DNA of 64,000 nucleotides, taken from Amphiscolops sp. MND2022. Its lineage: Eukaryota. The notes under the pieces were generated by a model, which saw only the letters and a program-made list of their open reading frames with translations, was not told the DNA's origin and searched no databases. The translations under genes and the position numbers were made by a program. This document shows, one piece after another, positions 11,818 through 21,585 of the stretch (its first letter is position 1; every line of letters begins with the position of its first letter). The stretch covers positions 68,078,001 through 68,142,000 of the forward strand of contig OZ076409.1 of assembly GCA_964187785.1 (NCBI GenBank), given 5' to 3'.

Positions 11818-14800
11818 CTACGGAAAGCTAGCGACGCTTGCAATAGATACGTAAACGCGATCGTGAAGAACGACGGTCAAGGGGGTGTCAGCGAACACGT
11901 CCATCAAACAGGTATAAAAGTCGAAAAGATTACGTATTGGGCGCTCAGGATCAATGATGGCAAAGTGTACTTCTATCGCCTCCAAGCGCTCGAGTAACGT
12001 TTTCAAATGATCAAGACATCCAAAGAGAATATCGGCGAGCATAGGGCAGCGAGGTGTAGCCCGTGTGATTAAAAGATGGATAGTCTGAGGATGGCCGTCT
12101 ATCAAAGATGTGGGTAGCGTTACAATATTGCCGACCTCCGGTCGAAGTTGAAAGATTGCGTCTGCACCATGCTCACGAATGACGTAACGAAGAGCGGCAG
12201 AATTAGTTTCCAGGCTTGCGGGACAACATAAAACAATGTGATGGGGAGTCTGCAGGAAGTCCGTATTGGCATACTGCACATAGTCAACCAATTGAGGTCT
12301 CACGGCTCCATGGTATACTAACTCTCGTCCGGGGTCTTTGGAGAGAGCATCGGTACATGTGTTCGGGAGGAGGCCCTTAATGGCGCCCAAGTCTTGCCAC
12401 ACAGATCGCGGCAACGATTGGTTATCAATGTTAGCCCTGGACCATGTATCCAGTGCGTGCAGGGCTGATTGGAGTGATACAGGGCTAGGAAATGAGTGTG
12501 TCCACTCGTCCAGGAATCTGATTCGTGAAAAGTTCGATAAGACTGCTACGATAAGTTCTAGCCACCATTCAAACTTAATTTTACCACGATATAGGTCTAT
12601 AGTGTGGAAACAAGTGATTCTATCAGGAGAGGCCATCGTCCGCAAACTCTCCAGACAGGTGTTCAAGTCAGTGGGATGAACCAGGTCAGATGCTTGTTTG
12701 GCCGTAACTAGTAGCCACCAGTTGCTTGTAGGCTGATAAACGTCTCCTGGTTTTGCGGTGACGTTGTACTTGTCATATAAGAGGTCAGCAGGAGTACAGC
12801 GTATCATTTGGATAGGCTCTCGTTCATAGTTGAAAGGACCAAAGGCAATATTTGTAGGCAAAGGGGGAAGAGTGATGGGTAAGGTGAACTCCAAACCAAC
12901 AAGATCATAGGTCCACTCCTTGAACCTTGGGCACGGGGCCTTTGCTATCCTAGAATCTTTCATTCTGGATAGGATATAGTCCACGGGATATGGAGTGTCG
13001 CTGCGTTGTAGCCCAGTATATGTCTTCTCGGCTCGAATAACCAAACGGTCAACCGTTCCGCTTGGAAGCGATTTCTCCTGTTCACGTGCTAACAGGACTT
13101 TCTGGGGTTTGATTGGGAAGCCCGCGTGGACCATGTAGTTACATTCGCAGTCTCGTAGGCCACATGTTCCGCAACGATATCTGGGAGTGCGATTGCCTCG
13201 CAGTCCATAACGAGCGTTGGTCGATTCTGGCGGTGTTGCTTGATCTGAGGTTACCGCCGCGCTAGGGGCAGAAGTGTCAGTGTCCATGGATGGAGTGTTA
13301 CGAACACGGGTAGGAGTGTTGGGTCTGGCGTGCGTTATACGAGGAGGTCTTCCTCTGGGACGGCCTCTTTTGCGAGCGCCTCTAATAGCACCTCTCCGTT
13401 GGTGACCACGTGGTAGCGAGGCTCGCGGCCTCGCTCTGCCTGGCTGACGTCCCCGCGGTCCACGCCCTCTAGGAGCATTGGAAAGTTTCGTGGTGGGAGC
13501 TGCGTTATTGTTGGTGGGAATTGTCGCAGGGGGAACAGATCCCTTTTCGTCATTGGTCGTTGGTGTCTCAGCACCGTCGTCGTCTAAGGTTGGGTTGAGA
13601 ACATTGTCATCGATGAGGGGCCAAATGGGAAAGTTACTCAACATATCCGTAAAAGATGGATTTGTCAATAATGGGGCGGATGTACCGGTCAAAGAGGTGC
13701 CGGCACTTTCGGTGGGTACGTGGATAGTAGGATTCGGGGCGATGTCCAATGCGTCGGGTACTGCTTCATTCTCTGAGAATAGAGCCTCCATGGCAGGTAG
13801 TGGTGATATTGGCATTTCGGGAATAGGCGCAGGTTCATCTACATGTGACGACAAGATAGCACTCTCATCAGGACTAGCCTGAACACTCGACAGGAGTACA
13901 TCAGAACGTTCATCGTCAGACTCAGTCGAAGAATAGCCAAATTGTTGATAATGTAGGCGGCTGCCACCTGCGCGCATGCGTGTGCGTAACCGTGTGTCCA
14001 TCCAATGTCTTTGTCGAGAAGGCAAAGAGGCATTACTGGCTTCTGAAGTTGGCTCCTCCGCACGATAAGAAGGTTGCGAAGCATCGTCTCTCACCTCCTC
14101 GTGGGATTGTTCAGGATCAGGGTCCATGATGATAGCAACCTCACCGTTATGCGCAGGAACAGCTGCCCATTCTGTTGGACCACCATGATGCGGTTTCAAT
14201 CGTTCGAAATGTACTTTCTGACCAGTGTCAAGTATGTAGACGCGTCCCTCTTGTAGCACTCGTGCTATCTTGTGAGGACCACGCCACGCTCTCATCAATT
14301 TGGGAGATCCCTTTTGAGGAATGTATCGGCAGAATACCCAAACAGGTTCGCCCACTTCGTAGGCTTTAGCACGAATTGATCTGTCGTATTTCAACTTTTG
14401 TCGTTGCTGGGCTTGATGCGTGTTGCGACGGACTAAGTCATGAATCTCTTGTTGTCGAGCCAGCACATGTTCCACATAGGCTTCGTGTGATTCGAATGAC
14501 TGAGTTGCAAATTCTGGATACAAGAAAGTCAGGGGTATAGCTTTTTCCATGCCTCTAGTCAGCATATACGGGGAGAATCCAGTAGTGGCATGACGTGTGG
14601 AGTTGTATGCACCCATGACTTCATCTAGATACTGATCCCAATCACGCATTCGTCTAGAGCAGAATACACGCAGTAGGGTGAGTAGCGTTCGGTTTTGTCG
14701 CTCTACCAACCCTTGAGTCCTGGGGTGGCCAGCAGTTGAGGTTACTTTGGTCACTTGGGCGGCTTTCATAAACTCAGCGGATACTGCTGCGGTGAAGTTG

Positions 14801-16263
14801 GGAGCATTGTCTGACTGCATTCTCGTCGGCGTTCCATGGCGGGCAAACCATTTCTGCAACAACAATTTTGAAGTGGTGGCTGCATCATATTCATCGTGGT
14901 TGCACGGTACAGCTTCTGCGAGCTTAGAGAAGTGATCGATAATAACCAATATCCCTGTGTTGCCATCATCAGAGGGACAAATCTTCATGTGGTCATATTG
15001 GACTAGCTCGTTAAAATAACCGCTTTGGATATTTTTCAAGTGGAAGCGTACATCACCAGGCTTGTCACGTACTTGTTGACAAGTGATGCATTGGCTGACG
15101 TATTGTCCAATGGTGCGGCGGATACCTGGCCAAGTGTGGCGCTCTTGAATTCTGGCCAAGACTTTCGCGATGCCCTGATGTCCCATCGCGTCGTGGGCCT
15201 TGAATAGTATCTCATGCTGATACAATTGTGGCATCACTATCATGCAGGGGCGTTCATGCAAAGCTCTTTGACTTTTCGAGTACTTTACACACAAAATCCC
15301 GTTGGTGTTTATCAGCAGAAGGTTCTTCTTTTGTTTGTGGTAGTTTTTGGCAAAGGCACGTACATTTTCCGGAAAGATGTCATGATCTATTGATTCTTGC
15401 ATTACTAATTTCTTGATAGCCAATATATGAACGTCACGGTTTTGTGCTAGTAGTAGATCTTTCAACCCGTGGATTGTGTTAGCATGTTCATGCAGTTCCA
15501 TCGATATGCTGTTTACCACAAACGCGGCTTGCTTTACGTGCTCTGGTGCAGTGCTGGTTGCTTGCTTTTCCGTCAGTGGATAAGTGGTTCTTGATGGTAC
15601 GTTAGCAGCATGCGTGGGGAGCAAATAGTCTCGTTGATATTCCTCGGTCAGTTCCAACCAATCCTCGGGATACTCTGAATAAAGTTCGGCAGGCAGTGTC
15701 AATTCTGGTTTTGGCAATGTAGGTAGGGGCGCTCTCATGGCTTCGTCGCGTATGATCGCACTTCGTTTGCTTTGTCCGCTCTTTCGCGTGGGAGCGGCAA
15801 CTGTGGTCTCGGGTGAACCTTGGCTACCCAACCTCTGCAAGTGTGCAGGCAATTCTGGGTGATTTGGTATCACACGTCCGTGGACATCGAACCATGGGGC
15901 TAGCGGGAGTTTGTTGTATTCCTCCTGTGATATGAAGTCCCATTTGTCTGCAATTGCGGGTAAACCCTTTAGTTGCTTTTCGTGTTTTTTGTAATCATTT
16001 GTTCGTTTGCTAAGACCGTCAGCATTTCGGTGTTGCGTTCTGGGTCGGTGCTCAATACTGAAGTGATATTTTTCAAGAGCCATAATCCATCGACCGATGA
16101 TCGCCTGATCCATCGAATATGTTTTTAGCCAGGATAGGGCCTGATTATCTACCCTCAGTGTGAATTTTCGTGGACAGAGATAACTGTGGTTTTTCAAGAT
16201 GAAATAGTATGCAGCATACATTTCCAATTTTGGGGCTCCATACTTTGCTTGCGTAGCGGTCAA
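11818..16263 (-). CDS. pol: Element A pol C-terminal part: end of RNase H, integrase, and a long tail with AT-hook, Cys cluster and macrodomain-like units
   Basis: RNase H end (VDNQAL, NADGLS). HHCC (HDAMGH...CITC). DDE core (YDH, SDN, VERQN). GPY/F-like WRGPHKI. In frame with the upstream ORF across a single TGA at 16273-16275. Confidence 0.93.
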   Translation of the reverse strand: MTATQAKYGAPKLEMYAAYYFILKNHSYLCPRKFTLRVDNQALSWLKTYSMDQAIIGRWIMALEKYHFSIEHRPRTQHRNADGLSKRTNDYKKHEKQLKGLPAIADKWDFISQEEYNKLPLAPWFDVHGRVIPNHPELPAHLQRLGSQGSPETTVAAPTRKSGQSKRSAIIRDEAMRAPLPTLPKPELTLPAELYSEYPEDWLELTEEYQRDYLLPTHAANVPSRTTYPLTEKQATSTAPEHVKQAAFVVNSISMELHEHANTIHGLKDLLLAQNRDVHILAIKKLVMQESIDHDIFPENVRAFAKNYHKQKKNLLLINTNGILCVKYSKSQRALHERPCMIVMPQLYQHEILFKAHDAMGHQGIAKVLARIQERHTWPGIRRTIGQYVSQCITCQQVRDKPGDVRFHLKNIQSGYFNELVQYDHMKICPSDDGNTGILVIIDHFSKLAEAVPCNHDEYDAATTSKLLLQKWFARHGTPTRMQSDNAPNFTAAVSAEFMKAAQVTKVTSTAGHPRTQGLVERQNRTLLTLLRVFCSRRMRDWDQYLDEVMGAYNSTRHATTGFSPYMLTRGMEKAIPLTFLYPEFATQSFESHEAYVEHVLARQQEIHDLVRRNTHQAQQRQKLKYDRSIRAKAYEVGEPVWVFCRYIPQKGSPKLMRAWRGPHKIARVLQEGRVYILDTGQKVHFERLKPHHGGPTEWAAVPAHNGEVAIIMDPDPEQSHEEVRDDASQPSYRAEEPTSEASNASLPSRQRHWMDTRLRTRMRAGGSRLHYQQFGYSSTESDDERSDVLLSSVQASPDESAILSSHVDEPAPIPEMPISPLPAMEALFSENEAVPDALDIAPNPTIHVPTESAGTSLTGTSAPLLTNPSFTDMLSNFPIWPLIDDNVLNPTLDDDGAETPTTNDEKGSVPPATIPTNNNAAPTTKLSNAPRGRGPRGRQPGRARPRASLPRGHQRRGAIRGARKRGRPRGRPPRITHARPNTPTRVRNTPSMDTDTSAPSAAVTSDQATPPESTNARYGLRGNRTPRYRCGTCGLRDCECNYMVHAGFPIKPQKVLLAREQEKSLPSGTVDRLVIRAEKTYTGLQRSDTPYPVDYILSRMKDSRIAKAPCPRFKEWTYDLVGLEFTLPITLPPLPTNIAFGPFNYEREPIQMIRCTPADLLYDKYNVTAKPGDVYQPTSNWWLLVTAKQASDLVHPTDLNTCLESLRTMASPDRITCFHTIDLYRGKIKFEWWLELIVAVLSNFSRIRFLDEWTHSFPSPVSLQSALHALDTWSRANIDNQSLPRSVWQDLGAIKGLLPNTCTDALSKDPGRELVYHGAVRPQLVDYVQYANTDFLQTPHHIVLCCPASLETNSAALRYVIREHGADAIFQLRPEVGNIVTLPTSLIDGHPQTIHLLITRATPRCPMLADILFGCLDHLKTLLERLEAIEVHFAIIDPERPIRNLFDFYTCLMDVFADTPLTVVLHDRVYVSIASVASFP

Positions 16264-16272
16264 CTTCTTGCT

Positions 16273-19200
16273 TCAGAATACAATCGGTCGCAATTTGCGA
16301 CTCTCAGGTGGTCCTTGCCATTGGTGCAGAATGCCTGATATAGCTACACCACTAGCATCTGTGTCGAGAACAAATTCGCCTTCAGTGTCAGGTTGCGCCA
16401 GAGCAGTGGCTTCCATTAGTGCCACTTTGATGCTGTTAAAGGCTCGCTGCTGCTCCTCCCCCCATAAAAATGAAGAGTCTACGCCTGTTATCGCGTGTAA
16501 AGGGGCAACTAGTTTTGCATGCCACGGGATAAAATCCCGATAGTAGTTGGCAAAACCCAAGAAACTTTGCAATTCAGTCTTGGTTCGCGGGATATCCCAT
16601 TCTTTCAGCTTGGTGACAGCTTTTGGATCTGGCTTGATACCATCTGCGGATACGACCCGGCCCAAATATTTGATCTCCGATTTCATGAAGTCACACTTGG
16701 AGACTCTCATTTTGAACCCGGCCTCACGCAGGCATTGGAATACTTCGCGTAGTCTATCCATGTGGTCCTCGATGGTCTCGGTAGCAATCACAATGTCATC
16801 GATATAGGCCATGACCATGCTTCCTTCACGGTTCACTATTCTTTGTAGCGCTCGCGCTATTGCCCGTTGAAATGTTGCTGATGCGTTACACATACCAAAA
16901 GGCATACGCCGCCACTCAAATAACCCAAGTTCACAAGCGAAGGCAGTCTTTTGACGATCGGCTTTTCGGACAGGAATTTGCCAGAATGCCCACGCCAAGT
17001 CAATACTAGTATAGATTTTGGCTTTGCCCAATCGGGATAGACTCTCATCGATACGTGGCAAGGGATAAGCGTCTTTGATGGTCACTTCATTGAGTGGTCG
17101 AAAGTCACAACAGAATCGCAATTCACCACTCTTTTTTTTGACCATAACAATTCCACTCGCCCAAGGGGATAGGGAAGGTTGTATCATTCCCAAAGCTAGC
17201 AAGTCACGGACTTCTTGGTTAGCACGTTCTGCCTTGTCAGGCGACATTCGTCTTGCACCTTCGCGGTGGGGTACAGCCCCTGGCTCTACTTCCACCGGGT
17301 GCTTAGCGATTTTACACTTGCCAATATCGGCTTTGAATTTCATAAACAAATCATCAAATTCGTTCAAAAGTTTACTAAGCGTGTCGCTGGCGGTCGATCC
17401 CCACAAACCGCGCACCTCGTCGAGTTGTGCTTCCGGGCCCGGTATCGGAGCCATTAACGCCGGATCGGTTCGTTTTTTTACTTCGCGCTCGGACAAGCCT
17501 AGTTCTGACGGTTCGGTAGAGGACAAAAACTCAAATTCAGATGAAGAACTATATTCAGAAGAAGAATCAAGGTTCATCTGTTCGTAAACTTTACAAACAT
17601 AATTTGCATTTGACTGCTGAGTTTCATTTGATTGCCCGGGGACAATTTGGGGGATGGCTTTATGAACCATCGTTACGGGTACTGCGGTTCCTAAAAGGGT
17701 GCCCTTTTTGATCCGCTGCACGTTGCTGGTAAGATTTCCTAAACTGACGTAAAGGAAGCCAGTCTCCCCCACGGTCGCCACGGTGTCCTCTAAAAAGATG
17801 GCGTTTTTTAACATTCGGTTAGGTGTTTGAAAATTGATTAGCACGGTTCGAAACATGAAAGGTTCTAAGTTGTCTACAAGCAATTTAGCGCGTAGTATTG
17901 CGCGTTCAAAAGGTTGCAACACTACGTCCTGTGCAATCGCTACCGACGAATTGAGTGATTCGTTACTTACTTGTGTGTGGGCATGGTACCACACTGGTTC
18001 AGAGGGAGCTCGGACAATGACTTTCATCGCGGTCAAATCTACCAAGACTTGATAGGCTCTTAGGAAATTTCTTCCCAGGAGGAAATCTTCCACTCCCATA
18101 GCGTCATCAACTACCACGAAGTTAGTTTCCAATTCGTAGCCTCCCAATTGGAACTTGACTTTCTCTGCTAGACCAAAAGTCTTGATCGTCTTTCCATTCG
18201 CGGCATATAAGTCAATACCATAAGGTCGTAAGAGTGTCCCAGTGCGCACGGCGACTCGATTGTAGGCTGAGAAGGTGAGGATGGACACTCCTGATCCAGT
18301 GTCTATCAGACCACGTAATGGTACGGGAGCAGCATCGGGAACCACGAATGAAACTACGAGCGACGCACGCTCATCGATTCTCGCCTCACCAGTTGGTTCT
18401 TGAGCATCAATGTTATAGCAGCACAGCTCTTGTGGTCCCAAGCAGATTCCAGGAGGAAACGCGTCAGTAATAATAGTGGCACCAAAACGCATGTCTACAC
18501 CATCTATGCAAACTTTGACTGGAATTGGAGAATAGGCATGATACGTCGAAGTGACACCTTTTACCTGCCATTCTTCCGGTTGGGGCAGGGTCAATTGTCG
18601 GCAATTCTCGTTTGCGGTTATCTCTTCTATCAGAGCGTCTAAGGTGAGTTCTGGGCGGGTTTCTCTCTCAATCGCCAACAGTAGTCGGACAGACATGATA
18701 GTGCGTCCCGAGGGATCAAAAGTAGTTGGCTCTGGGCTCGCTTGGATTTGGATCTTGCCACATGTGACGGTAAGGGGCGTCGTCACGTGAGCGGCTTCAG
18801 CGGGGCGAAGCATGAGTACCATTTCGCTGTCACTCATTGTTTGGGAAGCAGATGGCTGTTCAGCCCAGAGGCTGTAGGCCAAATCCTCATGTACTGGAAC
18901 ATTTTGGCATTGTGATGCAGAGTGTTCGGTCATGCCACAATTAACACAGAATACGGGGCCAGAACATGCAGAGGCCACATTGTTCTCACACAGGTTTACT
19001 CGCTCTTCGGGTGCAGCGCGAGCCGCGGGTTTCCTTGCTAGGTCTCGATTTGGGCATTCCCTTGCAAAGTGACCTGGTAGTCCACAGTTGAAGCATGCTC
19101 CTTGGGGAATCACTCTCGCTGGTTGCTGCTGTGCAGGAGCCTGTTTTACTGATGCAGGGCCTGGTGGAGCTATCTGGGGTTTTGCCTCTCGCTGTCCTTG

Positions 19201-21585
19201 ATTTGGAGGTAGCACGTTTTGCGGTAGGCCTGGTGCTGGGTGAACCAATTTCCCTGGCACGAAAGGGTGAGGCCTCGATTTCATTGCATACCTTGGGTCG
19301 TAAGGCTTTGACGTGTTTGGGCGATGCCGTTGCAATTGTCTCGTGGTGAACCTTAGGGATTCTACAGTTGGCGGCTCGGTCAGATATGCCTCTGCAGCGT
19401 ACACCACGGCCAACTCTTGTCGCAGCGTCGGGTCATTGACGCCATCTATAAAACGTTGCAGGATTTCATAACGACGTGTAGTGATAGGCTCGTCTGGGAA
19501 ACCTTGGGTGCGCAGACCTTCCAATGCATCTAAGAATTGCATCCAATCCTCTTTTTCCTGTTGGACACGAGACATGAAGGTTTGCCTGACGTGCATGCGG
19601 TTCCCACCGGTTCCAAACCTGCTGGCCAAGAGAGAGAATACCTTGTCGGGCTCGTCTCGTTCAGGTTCAGATTTGTTGATTATATAATTTCTCGCCTCCC
19701 CTTCCAGGTGGTCGATGATAGCCCATGCTCTGTCGATCTTTGGGGATTTTGCATGCACCCTTTCTAGAAATCGCTTCATCACTGGGAGCCATCCATCGAC
19801 AGAACCATCTTTAGTGCCTTTGTATACCGTAGGGCGCACCCTAGTTTGATCCCGATTAGCAATCAGCGGCGCTAGTTCCTTGGACATAGCTTTGGATATT
19901 GCCTCGGTGAACCTAAGTTGCTCCGGTGATATAGGCGCTTCTTCAGTGATAGCTGGTGGCGGGATACTGCTGCCTCGCGTTGAGTTGACAGAGTCATCGG
20001 TGCTTTCGGGGAGAGTCACTTCTCGGTGTCTAGTGCTGCTGGCGCATGGGTTGCCCGGGGGCAGTTCATCGTTCGCGGTTTGGAGTTCTGCGGCTGATTC
20101 TCCCAAAGTCGCATTTGCTGTTTGGAAGGTGCTGGTGACTTCAGTTAGTTCGTTTGTGCGTGTGGGCTCTCGCAGGCCGGTGATCCCCATGCTTGAAGTG
20201 TCGATAGTTATCACCTCGCACGTTGGTTCCTTCTTGTGAGTTTTGGTCGTGGGTGGAATATATTTTGTTGATACCGCAGATGGGATAAATTTCGTTGATG
20301 TTGATGCGGCTTCTCCATTTGAGACCAGAGTTTGTGGCAAAGGCGCGTACCTGGTCAAGTGTTGTTTAGAGCCGGATGGGTTTGTTGCGGTCGTCACACT
20401 CTCTTTTGGCTTGAGGGAAACGCTTTTCATGGGTTTTGGCAGTGATATATCGGTGTCTTGCAGCAACTCTTTGATGGTGTTGCCTGCTGGTGCGGGTTGA
20501 GGTTGGATATTTTTCAACATAGTGCCCATTGCTTGTATCTGTGAACATACCTCTTGCAGTTGAGCTTCCATGGGTACTTCTCTTTCGGTCACCATGTCCT
20601 TTATTTCGGCCATTCGATAACCCATGGCATCCATTCGGGCTGCCTGAATTTCATGTCCTTGCGCTTGTCGTTCAGTTGATGTTCGCAGTTCAGTTTGCAC
20701 GGCTTCTATCTCCTCCATTATTGATTGATGCTCCCTATCGCACCTTGCTTTACGTTCAGACAGTTGTGAAGCAGCTTGCTTCACGCCTATTTGAGCATCT
20801 AATAGAGCTTTGCGCGCTTTCGCTGCTTCATGTACGGCTCGGTATGCCGAAGATCGGGCAGATGCAGCCTTTGATGAGGGTGAGGATGAGCGCGAGTCGC
20901 CATGAGGTCCTGTAGTGCCAGTCTGTGCTAGTAGAGCTGGAGGCCGTACTTGCTTACCCTTCCCAGATGCTCGGGGAGCCGTAGCTTCTTGAAGACGTGC
21001 CCTGGCATAATTCATACCCCCGACATAAGACATTTGTTGCAATATCTCTGCCGTGTTCGCAGTGCTCTCGCTTGCCATGCTGGGAGCCTTGAGTTGTCCA
21101 GTGGCATTCAAGCAACTCATTTCAGCTTCTTCCTCAGCGTTTGTCCTGTTGGAGTTGGGCCATGTTCCTGCTTCGTCAGTACCGAAAGGTGTAACGGCTA
21201 CTTTGGTCAGTTCTTGCAACCATTTGGACGTGTGCGCCTGACTTCCTGTTTCGTCTGCTGAACCTCCGATATCATCGGTAGTCTTGGCGATCGGCTTAGC
21301 CTGATATTCCTCCGATGCGTCGTCTGACATAGGGTCTGAAAAATCGGGTTCCATAACGAAACTGTCGTCAGTTGGCCAATCTTCCTCCCTGGGGTCTGAG
21401 GTCAGGTCTGATATTGCACTGAGATTTGTCTCGCACCCCGTTGGGTCTGGTGTCTTTGATGCTTCAGTGCATCGCGAGGTGTCCTTCCTCCCCCCTTTTG
21501 AAAGATTAGAGCATCGCCGGGTGTTCGTGCGGCTTAATGTTCTCGTTATAGAATTCCAAAGGTTACGCAAACTGTTGGTTTTCAT
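16273..21585 (-). CDS. gag-pol: Element A gag-pol N-terminal part: Gag, protease, RT, start of RNase H
   Basis: Knuckles CFNCGLPGHFAREC and CVNCGMTEHSASQC. Protease LIDTGSG...LLGRNFL. RT motifs RFCCDFR, MPFG, YIDD. RNase H LDTDASG. Confidence 0.96.
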   Translation of the reverse strand: MKTNSLRNLWNSITRTLSRTNTRRCSNLSKGGRKDTSRCTEASKTPDPTGCETNLSAISDLTSDPREEDWPTDDSFVMEPDFSDPMSDDASEEYQAKPIAKTTDDIGGSADETGSQAHTSKWLQELTKVAVTPFGTDEAGTWPNSNRTNAEEEAEMSCLNATGQLKAPSMASESTANTAEILQQMSYVGGMNYARARLQEATAPRASGKGKQVRPPALLAQTGTTGPHGDSRSSSPSSKAASARSSAYRAVHEAAKARKALLDAQIGVKQAASQLSERKARCDREHQSIMEEIEAVQTELRTSTERQAQGHEIQAARMDAMGYRMAEIKDMVTEREVPMEAQLQEVCSQIQAMGTMLKNIQPQPAPAGNTIKELLQDTDISLPKPMKSVSLKPKESVTTATNPSGSKQHLTRYAPLPQTLVSNGEAASTSTKFIPSAVSTKYIPPTTKTHKKEPTCEVITIDTSSMGITGLREPTRTNELTEVTSTFQTANATLGESAAELQTANDELPPGNPCASSTRHREVTLPESTDDSVNSTRGSSIPPPAITEEAPISPEQLRFTEAISKAMSKELAPLIANRDQTRVRPTVYKGTKDGSVDGWLPVMKRFLERVHAKSPKIDRAWAIIDHLEGEARNYIINKSEPERDEPDKVFSLLASRFGTGGNRMHVRQTFMSRVQQEKEDWMQFLDALEGLRTQGFPDEPITTRRYEILQRFIDGVNDPTLRQELAVVYAAEAYLTEPPTVESLRFTTRQLQRHRPNTSKPYDPRYAMKSRPHPFVPGKLVHPAPGLPQNVLPPNQGQREAKPQIAPPGPASVKQAPAQQQPARVIPQGACFNCGLPGHFARECPNRDLARKPAARAAPEERVNLCENNVASACSGPVFCVNCGMTEHSASQCQNVPVHEDLAYSLWAEQPSASQTMSDSEMVLMLRPAEAAHVTTPLTVTCGKIQIQASPEPTTFDPSGRTIMSVRLLLAIERETRPELTLDALIEEITANENCRQLTLPQPEEWQVKGVTSTYHAYSPIPVKVCIDGVDMRFGATIITDAFPPGICLGPQELCCYNIDAQEPTGEARIDERASLVVSFVVPDAAPVPLRGLIDTGSGVSILTFSAYNRVAVRTGTLLRPYGIDLYAANGKTIKTFGLAEKVKFQLGGYELETNFVVVDDAMGVEDFLLGRNFLRAYQVLVDLTAMKVIVRAPSEPVWYHAHTQVSNESLNSSVAIAQDVVLQPFERAILRAKLLVDNLEPFMFRTVLINFQTPNRMLKNAIFLEDTVATVGETGFLYVSLGNLTSNVQRIKKGTLLGTAVPVTMVHKAIPQIVPGQSNETQQSNANYVCKVYEQMNLDSSSEYSSSSEFEFLSSTEPSELGLSEREVKKRTDPALMAPIPGPEAQLDEVRGLWGSTASDTLSKLLNEFDDLFMKFKADIGKCKIAKHPVEVEPGAVPHREGARRMSPDKAERANQEVRDLLALGMIQPSLSPWASGIVMVKKKSGELRFCCDFRPLNEVTIKDAYPLPRIDESLSRLGKAKIYTSIDLAWAFWQIPVRKADRQKTAFACELGLFEWRRMPFGMCNASATFQRAIARALQRIVNREGSMVMAYIDDIVIATETIEDHMDRLREVFQCLREAGFKMRVSKCDFMKSEIKYLGRVVSADGIKPDPKAVTKLKEWDIPRTKTELQSFLGFANYYRDFIPWHAKLVAPLHAITGVDSSFLWGEEQQRAFNSIKVALMEATALAQPDTEGEFVLDTDASGVAISGILHQWQGPPESRKLRPIVF

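Noticed and set aside
7378..21261. Numerous plus-strand ORFs opposite A's genes
   Set aside because: Shadow ORFs expected antisense to long coding frames.
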